Of a stretch of DNA of 64,000 bases, positions 24,201-39,200 are shown one piece after another. How positions within the stretch are numbered: the stretch's first letter is position 1; every line of letters starts with the position of its first letter. The position numbers and the translations under genes are program-made. The DNA lies in contig OZ024742.1 of NCBI GenBank assembly GCA_964016885.1, positions 318,184,001 through 318,248,000 of the forward strand, given 5' to 3'. This stretch comes from Eledone cirrhosa. Lineage: Eukaryota. The notes beneath the pieces were generated by a model that saw only the letters and a program-made list of their open reading frames with translations, had not been told where the DNA came from and ran no database searches.

Positions 24201-27200
24201 ACTATCTTTAACCCAGGGTAGTGACTACTATCTTTAACCCAGATAGTGACTACTATCTTTAACCCTGGGTAGTGACTACTATCTTTAACCCAGGGTAGTG
24301 ACTACTATCTTTAACCCAGGGTAGTGACTACTATCTTTAACCCAGGTAGTGACTACTATCTTTAACCCAGGTAGTGACTACTATCTTTAACCAAGGGTAG
24401 TGACTACTATCTTTAACCCAGGTAGTGACTTCTATCTTTAACCCAGGTAGCGACTACTATATTTAACCCAGGGTAGTGACTACTATCTTTTACCCAGCGT
24501 AGTGACTACTATCTTTAACCCAGATAGTGACTACTATCTTTAAGTCAGGGTAGTGACTACTATCTTTAACCCAGGGTAGTGACTACTATCTTTAACCCAG
24601 GGTAGTGACTACTATTTTTAACCCAGGGTAGTGACTACTACCTTTAACCCAGGGTAGCGACTACTATCTTTAACCCAGGTAGTGACTACTATCTTTAACC
24701 CAGGGTAGTGACTACTATTTTTAACCCAGGGTAGTGACTACTATCTTTAACCCAGGGTAGTGACTACTATCTTTAACCCAGATAGTGACTACTATCTTTA
24801 ACCCTGGGTAGTGACTACTATCTTTAACCCATGGTAGTGACTACTATCTTTAACCCAGGGTAGTGACTACTATCTTTAACCCAGGTAGTGACTACTATCT
24901 TTAACCCAGCTAGTGACTACTATCTTTAACCCAGGGTAGTGACTACTATCTTTAACCCAGGTTGTGACTAATATCTTTAACCCAGGGTAGTGACTACTAT
25001 CTTTAACCCAGTGTAGTGACTACTATCTTTAACCCAGGGTAGTGACTACTATCTATATCCCAGGGTAGTGACTACTATCTTTAACCCAGGATAGTGACTA
25101 CTGTCTTTAACCCAGGGTAGTGACTACTATCTTTAACCCAGGGTAGTGACTACTATCTTTAACCCAGGTAGTGACTACTATCTTTAACCCAGGTGGTGAC
25201 TACTATCTTTAACCCAGGGTAGTGACTACTATCTTTAACCCGGGGTAGTGACTACTATCTTTAACCCAGGGGAGTAACTACTATCTTTAACACAGGTGGT
25301 GACTACTATCTTTAACCCAGGGTAGTGACTACTATCTTTAACCCAGGTGATGACTACTATCTTTAACCCAGGGTAGTGACTACTATCTTTAACCCAGGGT
25401 AGTGACTACTATCTTTAACCCAGGTAGTGACTACTATCTTTAACCCAGGGTAGTGACTACTATCTTTAACCCAGGTAGTGACTACTATCTTTAACCCAGG
25501 TAGTGACTACTATCTTTAACCCAGGGTAGTGACTACTATCTTTAACCCAGGTAGTGACTACTATCTTTAACACAGGTAGTGACTACTATCTTTAACCCAG
25601 GGTAGTGACTACTATCTTTAACCCAGGGTAGTGACTAATATCTTTAACCCAGGGTAGTTACTACTATCTTTAACCCAGAGTAGTGACTACTATCTTTAAC
25701 CCTGGGTAGTGACTACTATCTTTAACCCAGGTAGTGACTACTATCTTTAACCCAGGTAGTGACTACTATCTTTAACCCAGGGTAGTGACTACTACCTTTA
25801 ACCCAGGGTAGTGACTACTATCTTTAACCCAGGGTAGTGACTACTATCTTTAACCCAGGGTAGTGACTACTATCTTTAACCCAGGGTAGTGACTACTACC
25901 TTTAACCCAGTGTAGTGACTACTATCTTTAACCCAGTGTAGTGACTACTATCTTTAACCCAGATAGTGACTACTATCTTTAACCCAGGGTAGTGACTACT
26001 ATCTTTAACCCAGGTTGTGACTACTATCTATAACCCAGGTAGTGACTACTATCTTTAACCCAGGTAGTGACTACTATCTTTAACCCAGGGTAGTGACTAC
26101 TATCTTTAACCCAGGATAGTGACTACTATCTATAACCCAGGGTAGTGACTACTGTCTTTAACCCAGGGTAGTGACTACTATCTTTAACACAGGGTAGTGA
26201 CTACTATCTTTAACCCAGGGTAGTGACTACTATCTTTAACCTAGGTAGTGACTTCTATCTTTAACCCAGGTAGCGACTACTATCTTTAACCCAGGGTAGT
26301 GACTACTATCTTTAACCCAGGGTAGTGACTACTATCTTTAACCCAGGGTAGTGACTACTATCTTTAACCCAGATAGTGACTACTATCTTTAACCCTGGGT
26401 AGTGACTACTATCTTTAACCCAGGGTAGTGACTACTATCTTTAACCCAGGGTAGTGACTACTATCTTTAACCCAGGTAGTGACTACTATCTTTAACCCAG
26501 GTAGTGACTACTATCTTTAACCCAGGGTAGTGACTACTATCTTTAACCCAGGGTAGTGCCTACTATCTTTAACCCAGGGTAGTGACTACTATCTTTAACC
26601 CAGATAGTGACTACTATCTTTAACCCTGGGTAGTGACTACTATCTTTAACCCATGGTAGTGACTACTATCTTTAACCCAGGGTAGTGACTACTATCTTTA
26701 ACCCAGGTAGTGACTACTATCTTTAACCCAGGTAGTGACTACTATCTTTAACCCAGGGTAGTGACTACTATCTTTAACCCAGGTAGTGACTACTATCTTT
26801 AACCCAGGGTAGTGACTACTATCTTTAACCCAGATAGTGACTACTATCTTTAACCCTGGGTAGTGACTACTATCTTTAACCCATGGTAGTGACTACTATC
26901 TTTAACCCAGGGTAGTGACTACTATCTTTAACCCAGGTAGTGACTACTATCTTTAACCCAGGTAGTGACTACTATCTTTAACCCAGGGTAGTGACTACTA
27001 TCTTTAACCCAGGTAGTGACTAATATCTTTAACCCAGGGTAGTGACTACTATCTTTAACCCAGTGTAGTGACTACTATCTTTAACCCAGGATAGTGACTA
27101 CTATTTTTAACCCAGGGTAGTGACTACTACCTTTAACCCAGGGTAGTGACTACTATCTTTAACATAGGGTAGTGACTACTATCTTTAACCCAGGGCAGTG

Positions 27201-30200
27201 ACTACTATCTTTAACCCAGGTAGTGACTAATATCTTTAACCCAGGGTAGTGACTACTATCTTTAACCCAGGTAGTGACTACTATCTTTAACCCCAGTAGT
27301 GACTACTATCTTTAACCCAGGGTAGTGACTACTATCTATAACCCAGGTAGTGACTACTATCTTTAACCCAGGGTAGTTACTACTATCTTTAACCCAGGGT
27401 AGTGACTACTATCTTTAACACAGGGTAGTGACTACTATCTTTAACCCAGGGTAGTGACTACTATCTTTAACCCAGGTAGTGACTTCTATCTTTAACCCAG
27501 GTAGCGACTACTATCTTTAACCCAGGGTATTGACTACTATCTTTAACCCAGGGTAGTGACTACTATCTTTAACCCAGGGTAGTGACTACTATCTTTAACC
27601 CAGATAGTGACTACTATCTTTAACCCAGGGTAGTGACTACTATCTTTAACCCAGGGTAGTGACTACTATCTTTAACCCAGGGTAGTGACTACTATCTTTA
27701 ACCCAGGGTAGTGACTACTACCTTCAACCCAGGTAGTGACTACTATCTTTAACCCAGGGTAGTGACTACTATCTTTAACCCAGGGTAGTGACTACTATCT
27801 TTAACCCAGGTAGTGACTACTATCTTTAACCCAGGGTAGTGACTACTATCCTTAACCCAGAGTAGTGACTACTATCTTTAACCCAGGTAGTGACTACTAT
27901 CTTTAACCCAGTATAGTGACCTCTATCCTTAACCCAGGGTAGTGACTACTATCTTTAACCCAGGTAGTGACTACTATCTTTAACCCAGGGTAGTGACTAC
28001 TATCTTTAACCCAGGGTAGTGACTACTATCTTTAACCCAGGTAGTGACTTCTATCTTTAACCCAGGTAGCGACAACTATCTTTAACCCAGGGTAGTGACT
28101 ACTATCTTTAACCCAGGGTAGTGACTACTATCTTTAACCCAGGGTAGTGACTACTATCTTTAACTCAGATAGTGACTACTATCTTTAACCCAGGGTAGTA
28201 ACTACTATCTTTAACCCAGGGTAGTGACTCCTATCTTTAACCCAGGGTAGTGACTACTATCTTTAACCCAGGGTAGTGACTACTACCTTCAACCCAGGTA
28301 GTGACTACTATCCTTTACCCAGGGTAGTGAATACTATCTTTAACCCAGGTTAGTGACTACTATCTTTAACCCAGGTAGTGACTACTATCTTTAACCCAGG
28401 GTAGTGACTACTATCTTTAACCCAGGGTAGTGACTACTATCTTTAACCCAGGTAGTGACTACTATCTTTAACCCAGTATAGTGACCTCTATCCTTAACCC
28501 AGGGTAGTGACTACTATCTTTAACCCAGGTAGTGACTACTATCTTTAACCCAGGGTAGTGACTACTATCTGTAACCCAGGGTACTAACTACTATCTTTAA
28601 CCCAGGTAGTGACTACTATCTTTAACCCAGGGTAGTGACTACTATCTTTAACCCAGGTAGTGACTACTATCTTTAACCCAGGGTAGTGACTACTATCTTT
28701 AACCCAGGTAGTGACCACTATCTTTAACCCAGGGTAGTGACTACTATCTTTAACCCAGGTAGTGACTACTATCTTTAACCCAGGTAGTGACTACTATCTT
28801 TAACCCAGGTAGTGACCACTATCTTTAACCCAGGGTAGTGACTACTATCTTTAACCCAGGTAGTGACTACTATCTATAACCCAGGTAGTGACTACTATCT
28901 TTAACCCACAGTAGTGACTACTATCTTTAACCCAGGTAGTGACTACTATCTTTAACCCAGGTAGTGACTACTATCTTTAACCCAGGTAGTGATTACTATC
29001 TTTAACCCAGGTAGTGACCACTATCTTTAACCCAGGGCAGTGACTACTATCTTTAACCCAGGTAGTGACTACTATCTTTAACCCAGTATAGTGACCTCTA
29101 TCCTTAACCCAGGGTAGTGACTACTATCTTTAACCCAGGTAGTGACTACTATCTTTAACCCAGGGTAGTGACTACTATCTTTAACCCAGGGTAGTGACTA
29201 CTATCCTTAACCCAGGGTAGAGACTACTATCTTTAACCCAGGTAGTGACTACTATCTTTAACCCAGGTAGTGACTACTATCTTTAACCCAGGGTAGTGAC
29301 TACTATCTTTAACCCAGGGTAGTGACTACTATCCTTAACCCAGGGTAGAGACTACTATCTTTAACCCAGGTAGTGACTACTATCTTTAACCCAGGTAGTG
29401 ACTACTATCTTTAACCCAGGTAGTGACTACTATCTTTAACCCAGGTAGTGACTACTATCTTTAACCCAGGTAGTGACTACTATCTTTAACACAGGGTAGT
29501 GACTACTATCTTTAACCCAGGTAGTGACTACTATCTTTAACCCAGGTTAGTGACTACTATCTTTAACCCAGGGTAGTGACTACTATCTTTAACCCAGGGT
29601 AGTGACTACTATCTTTAACCCAGGTAGTTACTACTATCTTTAACCCAGGGTAGTGACTACTATCTTTAACCCAGGTAGTGACTACTATCTTTAACCCAGG
29701 GTAGTGACTACTATCTTTAACCCAGGTAGTGACTACTATCTTTAACCCAGGTAGTGAATACTATCTTTAACCCAGGTTAGTGACTACTATCTTTAACCCA
29801 GGGTAGTGACTAATATCTTTAACCCAGGTAGTGACTACTATCTTTAACCCAGGGTAGTGACTACTATCTTTAACCCAGGTAGTGACTACTATCTTTAACC
29901 CAGGTAGTGACTACTATCTTTAACCCAGGTTAGTGACTACTATATTTAACCCAGGGTAGTGACTACTATCTTTAACCCAGGGCAGTGACTACTATCTTTA
30001 ACCCAGGTAGTGACTACTATCTTTAACCCAGGTAGTGACTACTATCTTTAACCCAGGTTAGTGACCACTATCTATAACCCAGGGTAGTGACTACTATCTT
30101 TAACCCAGTGTAGTGACTACTATCTTTAACCCAGGGTAGTGACTACTATCTTTAACACAGGTAGTAACTACTATCCTTAACCCAGAGTAGTGACTACTAT

Positions 30201-33200
30201 CTTTAGCCAGGGTAGTGACTACTATCTTTAACCCAGGTAGTGACTACTATCTTTAACCCAGGTAGTGACTACTATCTTTAACCCAGGGTAGTGACTACTA
30301 TCTTTAACCCAGGGTAGTGACTAATATCTTTAACCCAGGTAGTGACTACTATCTTTAACCCAGGTAGTGACTACTATCTTTAACCCAGGTAGTGACTACT
30401 ATCTTTAACCCAGGTAGTGACTACTATCTTTAGCCAGGGTAGTGACTACTATCTTTAACCCAGGTAGTGACTACTATCTTTAACCCAGGGTAGTGACTAC
30501 TATCTTTAACCCAGGGTAGTGACTAATATCTTTAACCCAGGTAGTGACTACTATCTTTAACCCAGGTAGTGACTACTATCTTTAACCCAGGTAGTGACTA
30601 CTATCTTTAACCCAGGGTAGTGACTACTATCTTTAACCCAGGTAGTGACTTCTATCTTTAACCCAGCGTAGTGACTACTATCTTTAACCCAGGGTAGTGA
30701 CTACTATCTTTAACCCAGGTTAGTGACTACTATCTATAACCCAGGTAGTGACTACTATCTTTAACCCAGGTAGTGACTACTATCTTTAACCCAGGGTAGT
30801 GACTACTATCTTTAACCCAGGGTAGTGACTACTATCTTTAACCCAGGGTAGTGACTACTATCTTTAAACCAGGGTAGTGACTACTACCTTTAACCCAGGG
30901 TAGCGACTACTATCTTTAACCCAGGGTAGTGACTACTATCTTTATCCCAGGGTAGTGACTACTATCTTTAACCCAGGGTAGTGACTACTATCTTTAACCC
31001 AGATAGTGACTACTATCTTTAACCCAGGGTAGTGACTACTATCTTTAACCCAGGTTGTGACTACTATCTATAACTCAGGTAGTGACTACTATCTTTAACC
31101 CGGGTAGTGACTACTATCTTTAACCCAGGTAGTGACTACTATCTTTAACCCAGGTAGTGACTACTATCTTTAACCCAGGTAGTGACTACTATCTTTAGCC
31201 AGGGTAGTGACTACTATCTTTAACCCAGGTAGTGACTACTGTCTTTAACCCAGGGTAGTGACTACTATCTTTAACACAGGGTAGTGACTACTATCTTTAA
31301 CCCAGGGTAGTGACTACTATCTTTAACCCAGGTAGTGACTTCTATCTTTAACCCAGGTACCGACTCCTATCTTTAACCCAGGGTAGTGACTACTATCTTT
31401 AACCCAGGGTAGTGACTACTATCTTTAACCCAGGGTAGTGACAACTATCTTTAACCCAGATAGTGACTACTATCTTTAACCCTGGGTAGTGACTACTATC
31501 TTTAACCCAGGGTAGTGACTACTATCTTTAACCCAGGGTAGTGACTACTATCTTTAACCCAGGTAGTGACTACTATCTTTAACCCAGGTAGTGACTACTA
31601 TCTTTAACCAAGGGTAGTGACTACTATCTTTAACCCAGGTAGTGACTTCTATCTTTAACCCAGGTAGCGACTACTATATTTAACCCAGGGTAGTGACTAC
31701 TATCTTTTACCCAGCGTAGTGACTACTATCTTTAACCCAGATAGTGACTACTATCTTTAAGTCAGGGTAGTGACTACTATCTTTAACCCAGGGTAGTGAC
31801 TACTATCTTTAACCCAGGGTAGTGACTACTATTTTTAACCCAGGGTAGTGACTACTACCTTTAACCCAGGGTAGCGACTACTATCTTTAACCCAGGTAGT
31901 GACTACTATCTTTAACCCAGGGTAGTGACTACTATTTTTAACCCAGGGTAGTGACTACTATCTTTAACCCAGGGTAGTGACTACTATCTTTAACCCAGAT
32001 AGTGACTACTATCTTTAACCCTGGGTAGTGACTACTATCTTTAACCCATGGTAGTGACTACTATCTTTAACCCAGGGTAGTGACTACTATCTTTAACCCA
32101 GGTAGTGACTACTATCTTTAACCAAGCTAGTGACTACTATCTTTAACCCAGGGTAGTGACTACTATCTTTAACCCAGGTTGTGACTAATATCTTTAACCC
32201 AGGGTAGTGACTACTATCTTTAACCCAGTGTAGTGACTACTATCTTTAACCCAGGGTAGTGACTACTATCTATATCCCAGGGTAGTGACTACTATCTTTA
32301 ACCCAGGATAGTGACTACTGTCTTTAACCCAGGGTAGTGACTACTATCTTTAACCCAGGGTAGTGACTACTATCTTTAACCCAGGTAGTGACTACTATCT
32401 TTAACCCAGGTGGTGACTACTATCTTTAACCCAGGGTAGTGACTACTATCTTTAACCCAGGGTAGTGACTACTATCTTTAACCCAGGGGAGTAACTACTA
32501 TCTTTAACCCAGGTGGTGACTACTATCTTTAACCCAGGGTAGTGACTACTATCTTTAACCCAGGTGATGACTACTATCTTTAACCCAGGGTAGTGACTAC
32601 TATCTTTAACCCAGGTAGTGACTACTATCTTTAACCCAGGTGGTGACTACTATCTTTAACCCAGGGTAGTGACTACTATCTTTAACCCAGGTAGTGACTA
32701 CTATCTTTAACCCAGGTAGTGACTACTATCTTTAACCCAGGGTAGTGACTACTATCTTTAACCCAGGGTAGTGACTACTATCTTTAACCCAGGATAGTGA
32801 CTACTGTCTTTAACCCAGGGTAGTGACTACTATCTTTAACCCAGGATAGTGACTACTGTCTTTAACCCAGGGTAGTGACTACTATCTTTAACCCAGGTAG
32901 TGACTACTATCTTTAACCCAGGTAGTGACTACTATCTTTAACCCAGGGTAGTGACTACTATCTTTAACCCAGGGTAGTGACTACTATCTTTAACCCAGGG
33001 TAGTGACTACTATCTTTAACCCAGGGCAGTGACTACTATCTTTAACCCATGTAGTGACTACTATCTTTAACCCAGGTAGTGACTACTATCTTTAACCCAG
33101 GTAGTGACTACTATCTTTAACCCAGGGTAGTGACTACTATCTTTAACCCAGGGTAGAGACTACTATCTTCAACCCAGGGTAGTGACTACTATCTTTAACC

Positions 33201-36200
33201 CAGGTAGTGACTACTATCTTTAACCCAGGGTAGTGACTACTATCTTTAACCCAGGGTAGTGACTACTATCTTTAACCCAGGGGAGTAACTACTATCTTTA
33301 ACCCAGGTAGTGACTACTATCTTTAACCCAGGTAGCGACTACTATCTTCAACCCAGGGTAGAGACTACTATCTTCAACCCAGGGTAGTGACTACTATCTT
33401 TAACCCAGGTAGTGACTACTATCTTTAACCCAGGGTAGTGACTACTATCTTTAACCCAGGGTAGTGACTACTATCTTTAACCCAGGGGAGTAACTACTAT
33501 CTTTAACCCAGGTAGTGACTACTATCTTTAACCCAGGTAGCGACTACTATCTTCAACCCAGGGTAGAGACTACTATCTTCAACCCAGGGTAGTGACTACT
33601 ATCTTTAACCCAGGTAGTGACTACTATCATTAACCCAGGGTAGTGACTACTATCTTTAACCCAGGATAGTGACTACTATCTTTAACGCAGCTGGTGACTA
33701 CTATCTTTAACCCAGGGTAGTGACTACTATCTTTAACCCAGGGTAGAGACTACTATCTTCAACCCAGGGTAGTGACTACTATCTTTAACCCAGGTAGTGA
33801 CTACTATCTTTAACCCAGGGTAGTGACTACTATCTTTAACCCAGGGTAGTGACTACTATCTTTAACCCAGGGTAGTGACTACTATCTTTAACCCAGGGTA
33901 GTGACTACTATCTTTAACCCAGGGGAGTAACTACTATCTTTAACCCAGGTAGTGACTTCTATCTTTAACCCAGGGTAGTGACTACTATCTTTAACACAGG
34001 TAGTGACTACTATCTATAACCCAGGTAGTGACTACTATCTTCAACCCAGGGTAGTGACTACTATCTTTAACCCAGGGTAGTGACTACTATCTTTAACCCA
34101 GTGTAGTGACTACTATCTTTAACCCAGGGTAGTGACTACTATCTATATCCCAGGGTAGTGACTACTATCTTTAACCCAGGTAGTGACTACTATCTTTAAC
34201 CCAGGGTAGTGACTACTATCTTTAACCCAGGTAGTGACTACTATCTTTAACCCAGGTAGTGACTACTATCTTTAACCCAGGGTAGTGACTACTATCTTTA
34301 ACCCAGGTAGTGACTACTATCTTTAACACAGGTAGTGACTACTATCTTTAACCCAGGGTAGTGACTACTATCTTTAACCCAGGGTAGTGACTAATATCTT
34401 TAACCCAGGGTAGTTACTACTATCATTAACCCAGAGTAGTGACTACTATCTTTAACCCAGGGTAGTGACTACTATCTTTAACCCAGGTAGTGACTACTAT
34501 CTTTAACCCAGGGTAGTGACTACTACCTTTAACCCAGGGTAGTGACTACTATCTTTAACCCAGGGTAGTGACTACTATCTTTAACCCAGGGTAGTGACTA
34601 CTATCTTTAACCCAGGGTAGTGACTACTACCTTTAACCCAGGGTAGTGACTACTATCTTTAACCCAGTGTAGTGACTGCTATCTTTAACCCAGATAGTGA
34701 CTACTATCTTTAACCCAGGGTAGTGACTACTACCTTTAACCCAGGGTAGTGACTACTATCTTTAACCCAGTGTAGTGACTACTATCTTTATCCCAGATAG
34801 TGACTACTATCTTTAACCCAGGGTAGTGACTACTATCTTTAACCCAGGTAGTGACTACTATCTTTAACCCAGGGTAGTGACTACTATCTTTAACCCAGGT
34901 AGTGACTACTATCTTTAACCCAGGTAGTGACTACTATCTTTAACCCAGGGTAGTGACTACTATCTTTAACCCAGGTAGTGACTACTATCTTTAACACAGG
35001 TAGTGACTACTATCTTTAACCCAGGGTAGTGACTACTATCTTTAACCCAGGGTAGTGACTAATATCTTTAACCCAGAGTAGTTACTACTATCTTTAACCC
35101 AGAGTAGTGACTACTATCTTTAACCCAGGGTAGTGACTACTATCTTTAACCCAGGTAGTGACTACTATCTTTAACCCAGGTAGTGACTACTATCTTTAAC
35201 CCAGGGTAGTGACTACTACCTTTAACCCAGGGTAGTGACTACTATCTTTAACCCAGGGTAGTGACTACTATCTTTAACCCAGGGTAGTGACTACTATCTT
35301 TAACCCAGGGTAGTGACTACTACCTTTAACCCAGGGTAGTGACTACTATCTTTAACCCAGTGTAGTGACTACTATCTTTAACCCAGATAGTGACTACTAT
35401 CTTTAACCCAGGGTAGTGACTACTACCTTTAACCCAGGGTAGTGACTACTATTTTTAACCCAGTGTAGTGACTACTATCTTTAACCCAGATAGTGACTAC
35501 TATCTTTAACCCAGGGTAGTGACTACTATCTTTAACCCAGGTTGTGACTACTATCTATAACCCAGGTAGTGACTACTATCTTTAACCCAGGTAGTGACTA
35601 CTATCTTTAACCCAGGGTAGTGACTACTATCTTTAACCCAGGATAGTGACTACTATCTATAACCCAGGGTAGTGACTACTGTCTTTAACCCAGGGTAGTG
35701 ACTACTATCTTTAACACAGGGTAGTGACTACTATCTTTAACCCAGGGTAGTGACTACTATCTTTAACCCAGGGTAGTGACCACTATCTTTAACCCAGGGT
35801 AGTGACTACTATCTTTAACCCAGGTAGTGACTACTATCTTTAACCCAGGGTAGTGACTACTATCTTTAACCCAGGGTAGTGCCTACTATCTTTAACCCAG
35901 GGTAGTGACTACTATCTTTAACCCAGTGTAGTGACTACTATCTTTAACCCAGGGTAGTGACTACTATCTTTAACCCAGGTAGTAACTACTATCCTTAACC
36001 CAGAGTAGTGACTACTATCTTTAGCCAGGGTAGTGACTACTATCTTTAACCCAGGTAGTGACTACTATCTTTAACCCAGGTAGTGACTACTATCTTTAAC
36101 CCAGGGTAGTGACTACTATCTTTAACCCAGGGTAGTGACTAATATCTTTAACCCAGGTAGTGACTACTATCTTTAACCCAGGTAGTGACTACTATCTTTA

Positions 36201-39200
36201 ACCCAGGTAGTGACTACTATCTTTAACCCAGGTAGTGACTACTATCTTTAGCCAGGGTAGTGACTACTATCTTTAACCCAGGTAGTGACTACTATCTTTA
36301 ACCCAGGGTAGTGACTACTATCTTTAACCCAGGGTAGTGACTAATATCTTTAACCCAGGTAGTGACTACTATCTTTAACCCAGGTAGTGACTACTATCTT
36401 TAACCCAGGTAGTGACTACTATCTTTAACCCAGGGTAGTGACTACTATCTTTAACCCAGGTAGTGACTTCTATCTTTAACCCAGCGTAGTGACTACTATC
36501 TTTAACCCAGGGTAGTGACTACTATCTTTAACCCAGGTTAGTGACTACTATCTATAACCCAGGTAGTGACTACTATCTTTAACCCAGGTAGTGACTACTA
36601 TCTTTAACCCAGGGTAGTGACTACTATCTTTAACCCAGGGTAGTGACTACTATCTTTAACCCAGGGTAGTGACTACTATCTTTAAACCAGGGTAGTGACT
36701 ACTACCTTTAACCCAGGGTAGCGACTACTATCTTTAACCCAGGGTAGTGACTACTATCTTTATCCCAGGGTAGTGACTACTATCTTTAACCCAGGGTAGT
36801 GACTACTATCTTTAACCCAGATAGTGACTACTATCTTTAACCCAGGGTAGTGACTACTATCTTTAACCCAGGTTGTGACTACTATCTATAACCCAGGTAG
36901 TGACTACTATCTTTAACCCGGGTAGTGACTACTATCTTTAACCCAGGGTAGTGACTACTATCTTTAACCCAGGATAGTGACTACTATCTATAACCCAGGG
37001 TAGTGACTACTGTCTTTAACCCAGGGTAGTGACTACTATCTTTAACACAGGGTAGTGACTACTATCTTTAACCCAGGGTAGTGACTACCATCTTTAACCC
37101 AGGTAGTGACTTCTATCTTTAACCCAGGTAGCGACTACTATCTTTAACCCAGGGTAGTGACTACTATCTTTAACCCAGGGTAGTGACTACTATCTTTAAC
37201 CCAGGGTAGTGACTACTATCTTTAACCCAGATAGTGACTACTATCTTTAACCCTGGGTAGTGACTACTATCTTTAACCCAGGGTAGTGACTACTATCTTT
37301 AACCCAGGGTAGTGACTACTATCTTTTACCCAGGTAGTGACTACTATCTTTAACCCAGGTAGTGACTACTATCTTTAACCAAGGGTAGTGACTACTATCT
37401 TTAACCCAGGTAGTGACTTCTATCTTTAACCCAGGTAGCGACTACTATATTTAACCCAGGGTAGTGACTACTATCTTTTACCCAGCGTAGTGACTACTAT
37501 CTTTAACCCAGATAGTGACTACTATCTTTAAGTCAGGGTAGTGACTACTATCTTTAACCCAGGGTAGTGACTACTATCTTTAACCCAGGGTAGTGACTAC
37601 TATTTTTAACCCAGGGTAGTGACTACTACCTTTAACCCAGGGTAGCGACTACTATCTTTAACCCAGGTAGTGACTACTATCTTTAACCCAGGGTAGTGAC
37701 TACTATTTTTAACCCAGGGTAGTGACTACTATCTTTAACCCAGGGTAGTGACTACTATCTTTAACCCAGATAGTGACTACTATCTTTAACCCTGGGTAGT
37801 GACTACTATCTTTAACCCATGGTAGTGACTACTATCTTTAACCCAGGGTAGTGACTACTATCTTTAACCCAGGTAGTGACTACTATCTTTAACCCAGGTA
37901 GTGACTACTATCTTTAACCCAGGGTAGTGACTACTATCTTTAACCCAGGTTTTGACTAATATCTTTAACCCAGGGTAGTGACTACTATCTTTAACCCAGT
38001 GTAGTGACTACTATCTTTAACCCAGGGTAGTGACTACTATCTATATCCCAGGGTAGTGACTACTATCTTTAACCCAGGATAGTGACTACTGTCTTTAACC
38101 CAGGGTAGTGACTACTATCTTTAACCCAGGGTAGTGACTACTATCTTTAACCCAGGTAGTGACTACTATCTTTAACCCAGGTGGTGACTACTATCTTTAA
38201 CCCAGGGTAGTGACTACTATCTTTAACCCAGGGTAGTGACTACTATCTTTAACCCAGGGGAGTAACTACTATCTTTAACCCAGGTGGTGACTACTATCTT
38301 TAACCCAGGGTAGTGACTACTATCTTTAACCCAGGTGATGACTACTATCTTTAACCCAGGGTAGTGACTACTATCTTTAACCCAGGTAGTGACTACTATC
38401 TTTAACCCAGGTGGTGACTACTATCTTTAACCCAGGGTAGTGACTACTATCTTTAACCCAGGTAGTGACTACTATCTTTAACCCAGGTAGTGACTACTAT
38501 CTTTAACCCAGGGTAGTGACTACTATCTTTAACCCAGGGTAGTGACTACTATCTTTAACCCAGGATAGTGACTACTGTCTTTAACCCAGGGTAGTGACTA
38601 CTATCTTTAACCCAGGATAGTGACTACTGTCTTTAACCCAGGGTAGTGACTACTATCTTTAACCCAGGTAGTGACTACTATCTTTAACCCAGGTAGTGAC
38701 TACTATCTTTAACCCAGGGTAGTGACTACTATCTTTAACCCAGGGTAGTGACTACTATCTTTAACCCAGGGTAGTGACTACTATCTTTAACCCAGGGCAG
38801 TGACTACTATCTTTAACCCATGTAGTGACTACTATCTTTAACCCAGGTAGTGACTACTATCTTTAACCCAGGTAGTGACTACTATCTTTAACCCAGGGTA
38901 GTGACTACTATCTTTAACCCAGGGTAGAGACTACTATCTTCAACCCAGGGTAGTGACTACTATCTTTAACCCAGGTAGTGACTACTATCTTTAACCCAGG
39001 GTAGTGACTACTATCTTTAACCCAGGGTAGTGACTACTATCTTTAACCCAGGGGAGTAACTACTATCTTTAACCCAGGTAGTGACTACTATCTTTAACCC
39101 AGGTAGCGACTACTATCTTCAACCCAGGGTAGAGACTACTATGTTCAACCCAGGGTAGTGACTACTATCTTTAACCCAGGTAGTGACTACTATCATTAAC